DNA of 64,000 nucleotides, taken from contig OZ246417.1 of assembly GCA_965231105.1 (NCBI GenBank), positions 640,908-704,907 on the forward strand, in the 5' to 3' direction. The notes beneath the pieces are model-generated. The model worked only from the letters and a program-made list of their open reading frames with translations, was not told where the DNA came from and did no database searches. Each line of letters opens with the position of its first letter. The stretch's first letter is position 1. The stretch comes from an uncultured Candidatus Saccharibacteria bacterium (GTDB lineage: Bacteria > Patescibacteriota > Saccharimonadia > Saccharimonadales > JACDBH01). Positions 1-8,511 of this stretch are shown in pieces. A program made the translations under genes and the position numbers.

Positions 1-400
1 CTAAAATATAAACGAGCAGTGTTGAACCAATATGAAGCAGCAGCATAAAAACTCGACCACTTTCGAGCAATGATCCAAACAAAAGCGTTCCGCCGCTCAC
101 AATTTGCCAGAAACCTAGGATAATCCACCCTAAAGGCGCATGATCGTAACGATACGTATAAACATCGAGCCGACCATCCGTCACAAACGTCCAGGCACGT
201 GAAGTATAAGTAGCTTCATCATTCTCGTAATACGGAAACTGGAACATATTCGTTGCATGTGCCGCCACACTTACGATCAAAAGAAGAGCAATAAGACCTG
301 CTTCAAAACGATTGCTTCTGGCCCATGTCCAAAGTTCCAATACTCTCCGTTGTACGGTTCTAAGCATTTTTCTCACGCCCTTTTTAAAAACTTTTTTCAT
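1..400 (-). CDS. GT-C-type membrane glycosyltransferase (PMT/ArnT-like), N-terminal part only; continues beyond window start
   Basis: Not in the ORF track because it runs off the window edge. Own translation from ATG 400..398, which overlaps the TGA of the upstream gene (ATGA): MKKVFKKGVRKMLRTVQRRVLELWTWARSNRFEAGLIALLLIVSVAAHATNMFQFPYYENDEATYTSRAWTF..YRYDHAPLGWIILGFW. A TM helix is followed by a loop with an acidic D-E pair and more hydrophobic segments, as in PMT_2/ArnT-type enzymes. Confidence 0.5.
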   Translation of the reverse strand, partial: MKKVFKKGVRKMLRTVQRRVLELWTWARSNRFEAGLIALLLIVSVAAHATNMFQFPYYENDEATYTSRAWTFVTDGRLDVYTYRYDHAPLGWIILGFWQIVSGGTLLFGSLLESGRVFMLLLHIGSTLLVYIL

Positions 401-1734
401 GCCTCTGCCTCTTCCGTTGTCATGCGCATAGGCTCTGTCGTGTCAACAATGGGAACAGGCACTAACGAAAGTACGGCTTGAGCACGATGTGCTCCAAGGT
501 GTGTGGTCTTTTCCCAACCATGGTTGCCTGACCGATAGCGAAGATAAGCACGTATTGCACTGATAGTCAGCAGGAATTGGTATGGCAAGAACGTGATCAC
601 AAGCCATGGATAGCTGCGGAACTTTATTTTTATGTTCTGATCCTTACCAAACTCATACAACCCAATAAGGCTGGCTAAAATTGCAACAATGCTTAAAAAC
701 ATTGGCAAAAATGTCATCAGGCTCACAACCACCGAGAGCTTGAAAAGCAGACCTATTCCAATAAGAAGTGGGCTCATAAGAATAACTATTCCCATAAATA
801 CGGGCGCGCTTAAAACATACAAGATGAGTGCTCGCTGTTTAAATGTTGGGAGACCGTGCCAATCACTTTTGTTGAAAATCTGCAGGAAACCCTGATTCCA
901 GCGTGTACGCTGCTTTATAAACGCCTTTACGGTATGAGGAGTTTCCTCACGTGTGACATGCTTTGCGTCATACATAACACCAAACTTCTTACCCGCCAGG
1001 CTTAAGCGAATGCCAATATCTGCATCCTCAGTCAGACCCTCTTCATCCCAACCACCTACTTCCATGAGGTCACTTTTTCTAAAGAATACGGTATTGCCGC
1101 CAAGAGGCACGATGCCTAACTCGGCATGAAAATGCATGCGTGACTTGAACCAAAAGAAATACTCCAGGACGTTATGGGCACTATACCAGTGATTGTTGTA
1201 GTCCATGAGCTGCACACCGCATTGCAGGACATCGATATCTCGCTCAACAAACAAGGTATTTGCAATATTGAAAATATCCGGACTTACATCATCTTCTGAG
1301 TCAAAGATGGTAATGATCTCGCCTTTTGCATAAGTAAGTCCAATGTTCATTCCACGCGATTTACCTGCAGGCAATTCAAAGATAATAATCTTGGCATTTC
1401 TAATTTTATGCTCTTTAATACTCTTTTTTGCTGCAGCGATTGTTGCCTCATCATCAGGCGTACAAATAACCAAAAGCTCCAGCTTCTTCTTTGGGTAATT
1501 AGCCTGAGAAAGCTTTCGAATAGTTTCGCCAATGACCGCCTCTTCGTGACGACAAGGTAAAAGTACTGATATGGAGTGCTTGAAGCGATCGGAAAATACT
1601 TCTGGAGCCTGAGCCGCTTTCATACGTTCGGCGTTATCCCATGCGTAGAGCGTTGAATAAAGATTAAAAATACTCTGCGCAATTAAGGTCAGCGCGAATA
1701 ACGCTAAGATGACGGCAAGCAGACTAGACAGCAT
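397..1734 (-). CDS. Processive family-2 glycosyltransferase (cellulose/chitin/PNAG-synthase-like membrane GT2)
   Basis: 445 aa. N-terminal TM, then a GT-A domain with FDSEDD (DxD-like), GLTEDADIG (TED) and KQRTRWNQG (QxxRW) motifs, then several C-terminal TM helices. It overlaps both neighbours (11 nt and 4 nt). Confidence 0.85.
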   Translation of the reverse strand: MLSSLLAVILALFALTLIAQSIFNLYSTLYAWDNAERMKAAQAPEVFSDRFKHSISVLLPCRHEEAVIGETIRKLSQANYPKKKLELLVICTPDDEATIAAAKKSIKEHKIRNAKIIIFELPAGKSRGMNIGLTYAKGEIITIFDSEDDVSPDIFNIANTLFVERDIDVLQCGVQLMDYNNHWYSAHNVLEYFFWFKSRMHFHAELGIVPLGGNTVFFRKSDLMEVGGWDEEGLTEDADIGIRLSLAGKKFGVMYDAKHVTREETPHTVKAFIKQRTRWNQGFLQIFNKSDWHGLPTFKQRALILYVLSAPVFMGIVILMSPLLIGIGLLFKLSVVVSLMTFLPMFLSIVAILASLIGLYEFGKDQNIKIKFRSYPWLVITFLPYQFLLTISAIRAYLRYRSGNHGWEKTTHLGAHRAQAVLSLVPVPIVDTTEPMRMTTEEAEA

Positions 1735-2872
1735 ATGTTTTTGCTAAAGACCAGATATAACGTGAAGAAATATAATAGTTAACAACAAATGCAGTACCGA
1801 TACCAGTTAACTGAGCAAGAATGAAGTGCAGCCCGCTAAAAGTCAGAAGAACCGATACGGATAAGGTTATTGTCTGCGTTAGCAATGTGGCCCCCTCAAA
1901 GAGTGCAAAATTTCGTGCCATTATCGGCAGACGCCAGCTTCCTACGGCGTGACGATATGCTTTAAAGGTAAAGACGTTATGTAGCATGAAGTTCCACATA
2001 ACACTTATCTGAATGGCTAAGAAAGATGCCAGCACGAGATTATTTAACCCGGCATTACGGAGCATCCATAGACAAGAAAGGTTAATAATCGTACCGCTTG
2101 CTCCCACCATCAGAAACCGCATTACCTGCTTGCCTGGTGAGTCTGGATTAAGCCGATAGGCAATTTTGAAGAATTCAATAACATCTTTAACGCGTCCTTT
2201 AGGAGCACCCTCGGCTCGACTGTGAAAAGTTATCGGTATTTCGGTAACGCGGAAATCTTTGTTCGTAAATGCATTTGATAAGAAGATTTGCATGCCGTAA
2301 CCATTAGCCTGCGCACTGTTGTAATCGATTTGCTCGAGCACATGACGCCTGATCGCACGGAAATTACCTGTAATCTCTTTTAAGTCCTTGCTTACACCAC
2401 CAAGCCATCGCGCTACAAATGAAGCAATACGAGTACGAACGATGAGCATCATAGGCCAATCACCGGGGATGAAGGCTCCGGGCACATAACGAGATGCGTA
2501 GACCACGTCATACCCTTCATCAATGGTTTTAAGCAGACGTGGAATATCTTTAGGATCATGAGAAAAATCAGCATCCATCGTAAGAATAACTTCATGCTTA
2601 CGTCGTAAGGCCGCATCAAAAGAACGTTGCAGCGCTCTCCCAAGCCCTTGTTTTTGCCCTGACTCTAGGAAAAGTCGGTCTTTATACTTTGTTTCTGCTA
2701 ATTTGCGGACAATCTCGCCAGTGCCATCGGGCGAGTTATCGTCCATAACGAGCACATCCAACGACCATCCTTTATCTTGTACCTTGAGGCTAAAGATTGC
2801 ATTAAGCAATCTGCCAATATTGCCACTCTCGTTGTAAGTTGGCACTACTATTAGTACGGTTTTCTTGCGCAT
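1724..2872 (-). CDS. Polyprenol-phosphate sugar synthase (Dpm1/Ppm1/GtrB-like GT2) fused to a C-terminal GtrA-like membrane domain
   Basis: 382 aa. LIVVPTYNESGNI, MDDNSPDGT and TMDADFSHDP are typical of Dpm1-type GT2. The C-terminal ~140 aa form four hydrophobic helices of GtrA type (VGASGTIINL..FVVNYYISSRYIW). Confidence 0.85.
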   Translation of the reverse strand: MRKKTVLIVVPTYNESGNIGRLLNAIFSLKVQDKGWSLDVLVMDDNSPDGTGEIVRKLAETKYKDRLFLESGQKQGLGRALQRSFDAALRRKHEVILTMDADFSHDPKDIPRLLKTIDEGYDVVYASRYVPGAFIPGDWPMMLIVRTRIASFVARWLGGVSKDLKEITGNFRAIRRHVLEQIDYNSAQANGYGMQIFLSNAFTNKDFRVTEIPITFHSRAEGAPKGRVKDVIEFFKIAYRLNPDSPGKQVMRFLMVGASGTIINLSCLWMLRNAGLNNLVLASFLAIQISVMWNFMLHNVFTFKAYRHAVGSWRLPIMARNFALFEGATLLTQTITLSVSVLLTFSGLHFILAQLTGIGTAFVVNYYISSRYIWSLAKTYAV

Positions 2873-2986
2873 ACGTATAATTACCCCAGCTACTACGCTT
2901 GTTCATACCCTCCCCCACCGAAGCTTACGCTAATTATATACTATAGTTGTCGTTAAAGTCATTAAATAGTGGTGTAGTAAAATACT

Positions 2987-3961
2987 CTATAAACTATCGG
3001 TTTTGTCTAAAAAATTAATAATCTCTTTTGTGCTCTCTGTGGCCATCAATCGCTCCCTCATTTCCTTCGCTCCATCAAACCCATTTATGTAGATCTTGCA
3101 GAATTTATTAAGGGTATGAATGGGCCTTTCACCATGCTGCCAGGTATTCGCGAACAGCTCTACATGCTCTCTGAAGAGCCTGATCCGCTCTTCTTTGCCA
3201 ACACTTTCCCAAGGGGAGTTTGTAGCAAAAACAAATGGATCATGGAAAACACCACGGCCGATCATGATACCGTCAAGCGCATACTTCTTAGCCAATTCTT
3301 CGCCCTGCTTCCGGGACAGAACATCCCCATTACCAACGAGCTTGGTCTGAGGGGAAATTGCGTCTCTCAGCCTCACTATTTCTTCTGCATATTCCCATCG
3401 AGCGGGCACCTTACTCATGTCTTTCCGCGTACGAAAATGGATGGTAAGCATATCGAGCTTATGAGAAAGCAAAAATTCTATCCAGGTCAAATCTACGGCA
3501 CTAAAACCGATACGTGTTTTAACTGAAACAGGAAGTTTACCCGCTCCTTTTTGAGTCGCCTTGATGATTTTACTGGCTAGCGGACGATTATTAATAAGGG
3601 CACTGCAGGTACCGTTTTTAACTTCAGACTTTGCCGGACAACCCATATTAAGATCAATGCCCACATAATTAACATCTTTAGGGAGGTCTAGCTCGCGCGC
3701 AAAGGTGCCATCTGCAATCTCACGAGCGGTTTTAGTAAAGTTCTTTGGCTCTAGGCCCCATAGCTGAGCAATTAGTGGGCCTTCAGCTTCATGAAAGCGT
3801 AACTTTTTTATAAGTTTCAAACGTCCTGGGCTTTGGAGCCCATCTACATTTGCAAACTCAGTAAAGAAAAGATCAGGTGAGGCACTTCTATGTACTATCC
3901 GACGAAACACCGTATCGGTTACATCATCCATCGGTGCTAGTACAAAAAACGGCCGAGACAT
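2987..3961 (-). CDS. dus: tRNA-dihydrouridine synthase (Dus family flavoenzyme)
   Basis: 324 aa. FFVLAPMDDVTDTVFRR N-terminus, DLNMGCPAKSEVKNGTCSAL catalytic-Cys region, TIM-barrel length. Confidence 0.85.
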   Translation of the reverse strand: MSRPFFVLAPMDDVTDTVFRRIVHRSASPDLFFTEFANVDGLQSPGRLKLIKKLRFHEAEGPLIAQLWGLEPKNFTKTAREIADGTFARELDLPKDVNYVGIDLNMGCPAKSEVKNGTCSALINNRPLASKIIKATQKGAGKLPVSVKTRIGFSAVDLTWIEFLLSHKLDMLTIHFRTRKDMSKVPARWEYAEEIVRLRDAISPQTKLVGNGDVLSRKQGEELAKKYALDGIMIGRGVFHDPFVFATNSPWESVGKEERIRLFREHVELFANTWQHGERPIHTLNKFCKIYINGFDGAKEMRERLMATESTKEIINFLDKTDSL

Positions 3962-3966
3962 ATTTC

Positions 3967-4122
3967 TTAGTCCTGTACGCCTACACGCACTTTTACAGGC
4001 ACTCCGATAATATATGCTGCCGCTCGGCGCACCGTAACGGGCGTGACAAACTCATGCGGCAAGGGCTGTTCCTCTACGGCCGCATTCGACTGCTCAAGAG
4101 ATTGGTGCAATGACTCCATCAT
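3967..4122 (-). CDS. Unannotated small ORF (51 aa), hypothetical
   Basis: Own translation: MMESLHQSLEQSNAAVEEQPLPHEFVTPVTVRRAAAYIIGVPVKVRVGVQD. Its stop lies 5 nt upstream of the dus ATG and it fills an otherwise empty 190-nt gap. No clear SD. Confidence 0.3.
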   Translation of the reverse strand: MMESLHQSLEQSNAAVEEQPLPHEFVTPVTVRRAAAYIIGVPVKVRVGVQD

Positions 4123-4151
4123 ATCATTACACCATACTTATGCTTACTTGT

Positions 4152-5267
4152 CTATTCCCAGCGGAAGACTTTGAAGGCTATGGCGTAGACAATTATCGTC
4201 CACCCACCCATGATGAGCAGTTGTGGACCCAGCTCTGTTAGCCCTGCGTTCTCTGTCAGAATAAGACGCACCGAATCGATAACTGGAGTAAGTGGAATGT
4301 ACTTTGTGATTGCCTGAAGGAATTCAGGCATTAAGAAGGTTGGGAAAAATACACCGCTTAAAAACATCATAGGCAAGGTTACAAGCTGAGCGAGCGGCGC
4401 AGCCTGGTTCTCATTCTTAGCCCATCCACCCACCGCGAGGCCTATGCCAAATAGCATGGTGACGCCGAGCAGGACCACAAGGATAAGATTCAGGAAACTT
4501 CCCCGCATATTAAGATCAAAGAACAGTAGAGCTGCCACAAACATCACGGCCGCCGCAAGCAGTCCTATAAAGGCATTTGATAATACGTTACCTATAAAGT
4601 ACTGCCACACCTTGATCGTCGTGGATTGGTAGCGCCGTAGCACCCCTCTTTGCTTAAGCCGAGGGAATACGGTGGTAGGCCCAAAAATACCCAACGAAAG
4701 AAGCGTAAAGCCTAAAATACCGGAGAAAGTATAGTCAAATTGTCGCAAACCCTTAGTTGCAGTAGATTCAGCCTTAACCGTGAAAGGCTCCGTTATGGGC
4801 ACGAGGCGCTGGTTTATCTCTTTAAATGTTGCTTCCATAATTGAAGCAAGTGTCTGTCCGCCACTTTCATTACTCTGGGCATACAATACAGTTGCCTCTC
4901 CGCGAGGAACCGCATTCTCATCGGGTTGGCCAAAGTTTTCCGGCAAAATAATGGTCGCATCCATTTGGCCGCGATTCATCTTTTCTTTTGCCTCATCAAG
5001 ATTGGTCACATCTTTGTCTACTTTAAAGACTTTATCTTCTCTGATTTGCTTCTCAAAATCTTTCGCAAATTCTGTTTGAGACTGATTTATAAGACCAATA
5101 CGGAAACTCACACCATCATCACCCTTAAAGATAGAGCCAAAAATGATAAGGAAAATCAACGGAAAGAAAAATACAAAGAATATAGCTACCTTATCTCTGA
5201 AAAGTCGCTTTGTATCAATACGTGCAAATGTCCAGATAGGAAGCAATGATTTACTGAGTTTACTCAT
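4152..5267 (-). CDS. ABC-2 type exporter permease
   Basis: 371 aa. N-terminal TM, a large extracytoplasmic loop, then five C-terminal TM helices. It lies 2 nt downstream of the ATPase gene. Confidence 0.8.
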   Translation of the reverse strand: MSKLSKSLLPIWTFARIDTKRLFRDKVAIFFVFFFPLIFLIIFGSIFKGDDGVSFRIGLINQSQTEFAKDFEKQIREDKVFKVDKDVTNLDEAKEKMNRGQMDATIILPENFGQPDENAVPRGEATVLYAQSNESGGQTLASIMEATFKEINQRLVPITEPFTVKAESTATKGLRQFDYTFSGILGFTLLSLGIFGPTTVFPRLKQRGVLRRYQSTTIKVWQYFIGNVLSNAFIGLLAAAVMFVAALLFFDLNMRGSFLNLILVVLLGVTMLFGIGLAVGGWAKNENQAAPLAQLVTLPMMFLSGVFFPTFLMPEFLQAITKYIPLTPVIDSVRLILTENAGLTELGPQLLIMGGWTIIVYAIAFKVFRWE

Positions 5268-5269
5268 AC

Positions 5270-6028
5270 TTAATCCCTCAATGCCTTTCCGGTAAGATCA
5301 ATAAATACATCTTCAAGATTAGCCTGTTCAACATGCTGCTCCTTCTTAAACCCTTTTTTCAGAAGATTCTTGATAAGATTTTTGGGAGTATCGAGCGCAA
5401 TGATCTTGCCCTTATCCATAACCGCTACGCGGTCACATAAGAGCTCAGCCTCATCCATATAATGCGTCGTGAGGATAACTGTCACGCCGCGGTCTCGTAT
5501 TTCTTTAATGAGATCCCATAGATTCCGCCTCGCCTGTGGGTCAAGGCCAGTAGTAGGCTCATCAAGAAAAAATACCTTTGGACCATGCACTAATGAAGTA
5601 GCTATTGAAAAGCGCTGTCGCTGGCCTCCAGATAGCTGCTCGGGATAGCTATCTGCCTTATCGAGAAGTTGCACATCCTTGAGATACTTCTTTGGATCTA
5701 CTTTTTCCCCATAAAAAGAAGCAATCAGTTCAATAAGTTCTGTGAGTTTCGTCTTTTCCTCAAACGAAGGCGTCTGAGGCTGTACACCTATCACAGACTT
5801 AACTTTTTCTGGATTAGATGAAACATCGATGCCATCTAATACTGCCGTGCCGCCATCAATGGGTCGCATAGTTTCAATCATTTCAAGTGTCGTGGTCTTG
5901 CCTGCCCCGTTTGGACCTAAAATACCGAAGATTTCACCCCGATAGACTTCAAAGCTGATTCCATCAACTGCTTTTTTCTTGCCATACTTTTTAACAAGTT
6001 TGTCTACTTTGAGAATTGTGTCTGCCAT
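5270..6028 (-). CDS. ABC transporter ATP-binding protein
   Basis: Walker A GPNGAGKTT, signature LSGGQRQR, Walker B FFLDEPTTGLD. I prefer the ATG at 6028 (MADTILKVDKL) over the track start at 6070. Confidence 0.9.
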   Translation of the reverse strand: MADTILKVDKLVKKYGKKKAVDGISFEVYRGEIFGILGPNGAGKTTTLEMIETMRPIDGGTAVLDGIDVSSNPEKVKSVIGVQPQTPSFEEKTKLTELIELIASFYGEKVDPKKYLKDVQLLDKADSYPEQLSGGQRQRFSIATSLVHGPKVFFLDEPTTGLDPQARRNLWDLIKEIRDRGVTVILTTHYMDEAELLCDRVAVMDKGKIIALDTPKNLIKNLLKKGFKKEQHVEQANLEDVFIDLTGKALRD

Positions 6029-6077
6029 AGCCTCTAGCATACATGGTCTTATCTTATGGAAACAAGGCAAAATAAAA

Positions 6078-6100
6078 AGACCCGCGGGAAGCGGGCCTTT
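6078..6100 (-). terminator. Rho-independent terminator candidate after the 65-aa gene
   Basis: The minus strand reads GGCCCGC-TTCC-CGCGGGTC followed by TTTTTATTTT. It lies between the stop at 6120 and the next gene. Confidence 0.5.
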
Positions 6101-6119
6101 TAAAAGCTACTTGCGTAAT

Positions 6120-6317
6120 TTAGCCGCGCTTAACAGTCAAGAAACCGTTGCGTGGGTTTTCGTTTACAACCATACCTGCAGGTACAGAATCAACACCCTC
6201 TGGGCGCTCGTCCTTGCTGAAGTAGTAGATAGTCTGCTGCTTGCCGCCACGAAGCGTTACCTTCTTTGAGTTAAGGTAATATGTGACACCCTTAGAGTTT
6301 GTGTGCTTGTAAGCCAT
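6120..6317 (-). CDS. Small basic protein, unknown function
   Basis: 65 aa, MAYKHTNSKGVTYYLNSKKVTLRGGKQQTIYYFSKDERPEG.. A strong SD (GAGGGAGAAG) precedes the ATG and it has its own terminator. Confidence 0.6.
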   Translation of the reverse strand: MAYKHTNSKGVTYYLNSKKVTLRGGKQQTIYYFSKDERPEGVDSVPAGMVVNENPRNGFLTVKRG

Positions 6318-6480
6318 GTTCTTCTCCCTCTCTTAACTAATGGTACCCCTACGATAACTCCTGTGGATTTTATTTGTCAATGGTAGGTTCACTCTTTTGA
6401 CACAGAGTACATCCCAATAACAGGGGTGAGAGATGTTAGATAAATGTTACTTTTCCACTATAAATTAGAGAAAGAATGTG

Positions 6481-6510
6481 TTGCCACCGGTTATGCTTAT
6501 GCGGTACACT
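6481..6510 (+). promoter_or_regulatory. Sigma-70-like promoter candidate for the 6557 gene
   Basis: TTGCCA (6481-6486), 18-nt spacer, TACACT (6505-6510). The AAGGAAGAGGTGGA SD follows, upstream of ATG 6557. Confidence 0.3.
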
Positions 6511-6556
6511 GGACGATGTAATAATATTTAGAAAAAAGGAAGAGGTGGACCATTAA

Positions 6557-7126
6557 ATGGACATTTTGAACCAGTCCGGCCAGCAATCGGCCCCCGCACC
6601 TGCATCTCAGTCAGGTCATACAAACAAACAAGTATCTCGTAAAAGAGTAAATGGAAAAGCATTGCGCGTCCTATCGGGCGTATTGCTCATTACCGTTTCT
6701 CTACTGCTTGGAGCTCTTACGCTCTACTTGAGCATTGGCGGCACAAATAGTGAAGCAAAATACGTTGATGAAACTAAGTTTCAAGCAGTATTCCTTAACG
6801 GTGGCCAAGTTTACTTTGGTAAGGTTCGAACCTTAAACAATCGTTTCATTACGATTGATAACATTTACTACCTGCGTGTTAATCAGCAAGTACAACCAAA
6901 CCAGTCAGAAACCACTACCACCAACCAAGATGTAAGCCTTGCAAAGCTTGGTTGTGAGTTGCACGGTCCTACTGATGTAATGGTTATTAACCGCGATCAG
7001 GTTCTATTCTGGGAAAACCTTAAAGAAGATGGCCAGGTTGCACAAGCAATCAGCAAATACGTTCAGGCTAATCCAGAAGGCCAGAAGTGTCAGACCAATA
7101 GCACTACAACCCCTACTAATCAGTAA
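6557..7126 (+). CDS. Membrane-anchored hypothetical protein
   Basis: 189 aa. Gln/Ser-rich N-terminus, one TM (LRVLSGVLLITVSLLLGALTLYL), extracytoplasmic domain with two Cys. Confidence 0.6.
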   Translation: MDILNQSGQQSAPAPASQSGHTNKQVSRKRVNGKALRVLSGVLLITVSLLLGALTLYLSIGGTNSEAKYVDETKFQAVFLNGGQVYFGKVRTLNNRFITIDNIYYLRVNQQVQPNQSETTTTNQDVSLAKLGCELHGPTDVMVINRDQVLFWENLKEDGQVAQAISKYVQANPEGQKCQTNSTTTPTNQ

Positions 7127-7144
7127 GGTTGATCGGTCATAAAG

Positions 7145-7172
7145 AAAGAGAGGGATGAAACCCTCTCTTTTT
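7145..7172. terminator. Bidirectional terminator hairpin between convergent genes
   Basis: AAAGAGAGGG (7145-7154) / loop ATGAAA / CCCTCTCTTT (7161-7170). Perfect 10-bp stem flanked by A-run and T-run. Confidence 0.6.
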
Positions 7173-7785
7173 ATTGGTGCTTCTTTAGCTCGGCTCTTAG
7201 TATGTACTCGCTTATAGATCGAAGTACAAAGAGAACCAGCATGCCTATCGCGAGAATGAGACTCCAGCCCGCAAGATCGGGAGACCAGGTTGGTGAAACA
7301 AAGTCGAACTTATAAAGGGCGTCAGGGATAGGATTTTCTCTAGCGCCATGAGCCGTTACATACTGCTCAACGCAAGGCACTCTATTACGACCTGAGAAAT
7401 CTGCCGGGAAACGACGCTCACAGTCTGCTTGTCCTTCGGTATAAATCCGTGAGTTGATCGTTTCTACTCGAGCTTTCTCGGCAGCAACCAGACGTTCATA
7501 TCTATACTTGAGCTGAATCGGTGGGCGAACAGCACTATCACTTGATGCAAGGCTGGTATTCATGTGTGCATGGACGTATTCTCGTAACTCCCTGAGCGCC
7601 GTCTCGACATCGCCGTCTTTCTCATCGGCAGCAAATACTGCTGCCTTTAGGTTAACCATGGTTTGGTTATTGTGCCTAAGAGCAAAGACCGAGATCAGCA
7701 AAAAGACAACGCAGAGGCCAACAAGCCATCTGTAATCAACCTTTTTAACTAAGGTGAGAAGATGGTGCAGTTTCTTTTTATCCAT
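7171..7785 (-). CDS. Hypothetical membrane protein (N- and C-terminal TM)
   Basis: 204 aa. TM at WLVGLCVVFLLISVFAL and at WSLILAIGMLVLFVL. No recognisable motif. Confidence 0.55.
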   Translation of the reverse strand: MDKKKLHHLLTLVKKVDYRWLVGLCVVFLLISVFALRHNNQTMVNLKAAVFAADEKDGDVETALRELREYVHAHMNTSLASSDSAVRPPIQLKYRYERLVAAEKARVETINSRIYTEGQADCERRFPADFSGRNRVPCVEQYVTAHGARENPIPDALYKFDFVSPTWSPDLAGWSLILAIGMLVLFVLRSISEYILRAELKKHQ

Positions 7786-7838
7786 ATTTTTATTTTAGGC
7801 TAACTTTCAAGACCTATTGTATCAGTTTCAGGAGAAAA

Positions 7839-8426
7839 TTAATTCGACAAAGGGTCCGTAGCGGGAGCTGAGCAGTTGAATGTTGCATTCACTGCTGGTG
7901 TACTTGGGTTAGAGTAAGCGACATAGAAGTCGATAACGCAAAGTGTTTCATCAAAGAATTTTTGATGATATGCATCAGGATTCCAATCAACACCATTCAA
8001 TACGTCTTTAAACCACTGCCCAAGTTCATAATTTCCACGCTGCCAACCGTTCTGTTCTAAGGTAAGACTTAATTGTTCAGCAGCCTGTATAGTTGTCGCT
8101 TTTACGGTTTCATCAGGAAAGTCACGATAGCTGGTCATCGTTGTATTGCAGTCGCCAGGACTACCGAGGGGACCATTTTTATTCACATCATTACACAATG
8201 CTTCACCCTGTTTTATATCAGTGAAGCCAAGAGCTTTTAATGGTTCGCCAAGTTTAGCATTTTCGTCTTTAAGGCTTGCTTCAGCCTTCTTGCTATAAAA
8301 TGAGCGCCGCGCCGCTTCTTCGTTACGATCTTTGTGAGCAAAGTACAAAGCAGCACCAAAACCCAGTACAAAGATAGTGAGTAGTATTATCCGTTTCTTT
8401 GCGTTAGATATTTTTGATTTCTTCAT
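7839..8426 (-). CDS. Signal-anchored hypothetical protein
   Basis: 195 aa. The MKKSKISNAKKRIILLTIFVLGFGAALYFA anchor is followed by a Cys-containing soluble domain. Confidence 0.55.
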   Translation of the reverse strand: MKKSKISNAKKRIILLTIFVLGFGAALYFAHKDRNEEAARRSFYSKKAEASLKDENAKLGEPLKALGFTDIKQGEALCNDVNKNGPLGSPGDCNTTMTSYRDFPDETVKATTIQAAEQLSLTLEQNGWQRGNYELGQWFKDVLNGVDWNPDAYHQKFFDETLCVIDFYVAYSNPSTPAVNATFNCSAPATDPLSN

Positions 8427-8511
8427 ATGCTCATAATAGCAAGAGTTTTGGTTAATAAATATTCTTCGTCTCTACTTGCTACTTTGTTAATCCTCCTTAA
8501 TACTAGAGCTC

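Noticed and set aside
257-895. Plus-strand ORFs 257..481 and 689..895
   Set aside because: They are antisense to the GT-C and GT2 genes, whose translations carry recognisable motifs. They are likely spurious.
2905-2935. Short upstream ORF (ATGAACAAGCGT..) after a strong GGGGGAGGG in the leader of the glycosylation operon
   Set aside because: The SD-to-ATG spacing is only 2-3 nt. The frame runs out of phase into the GT2 gene and gives a nonsensical peptide. The downstream ATG 2872 gives the canonical GT2 N-terminus.
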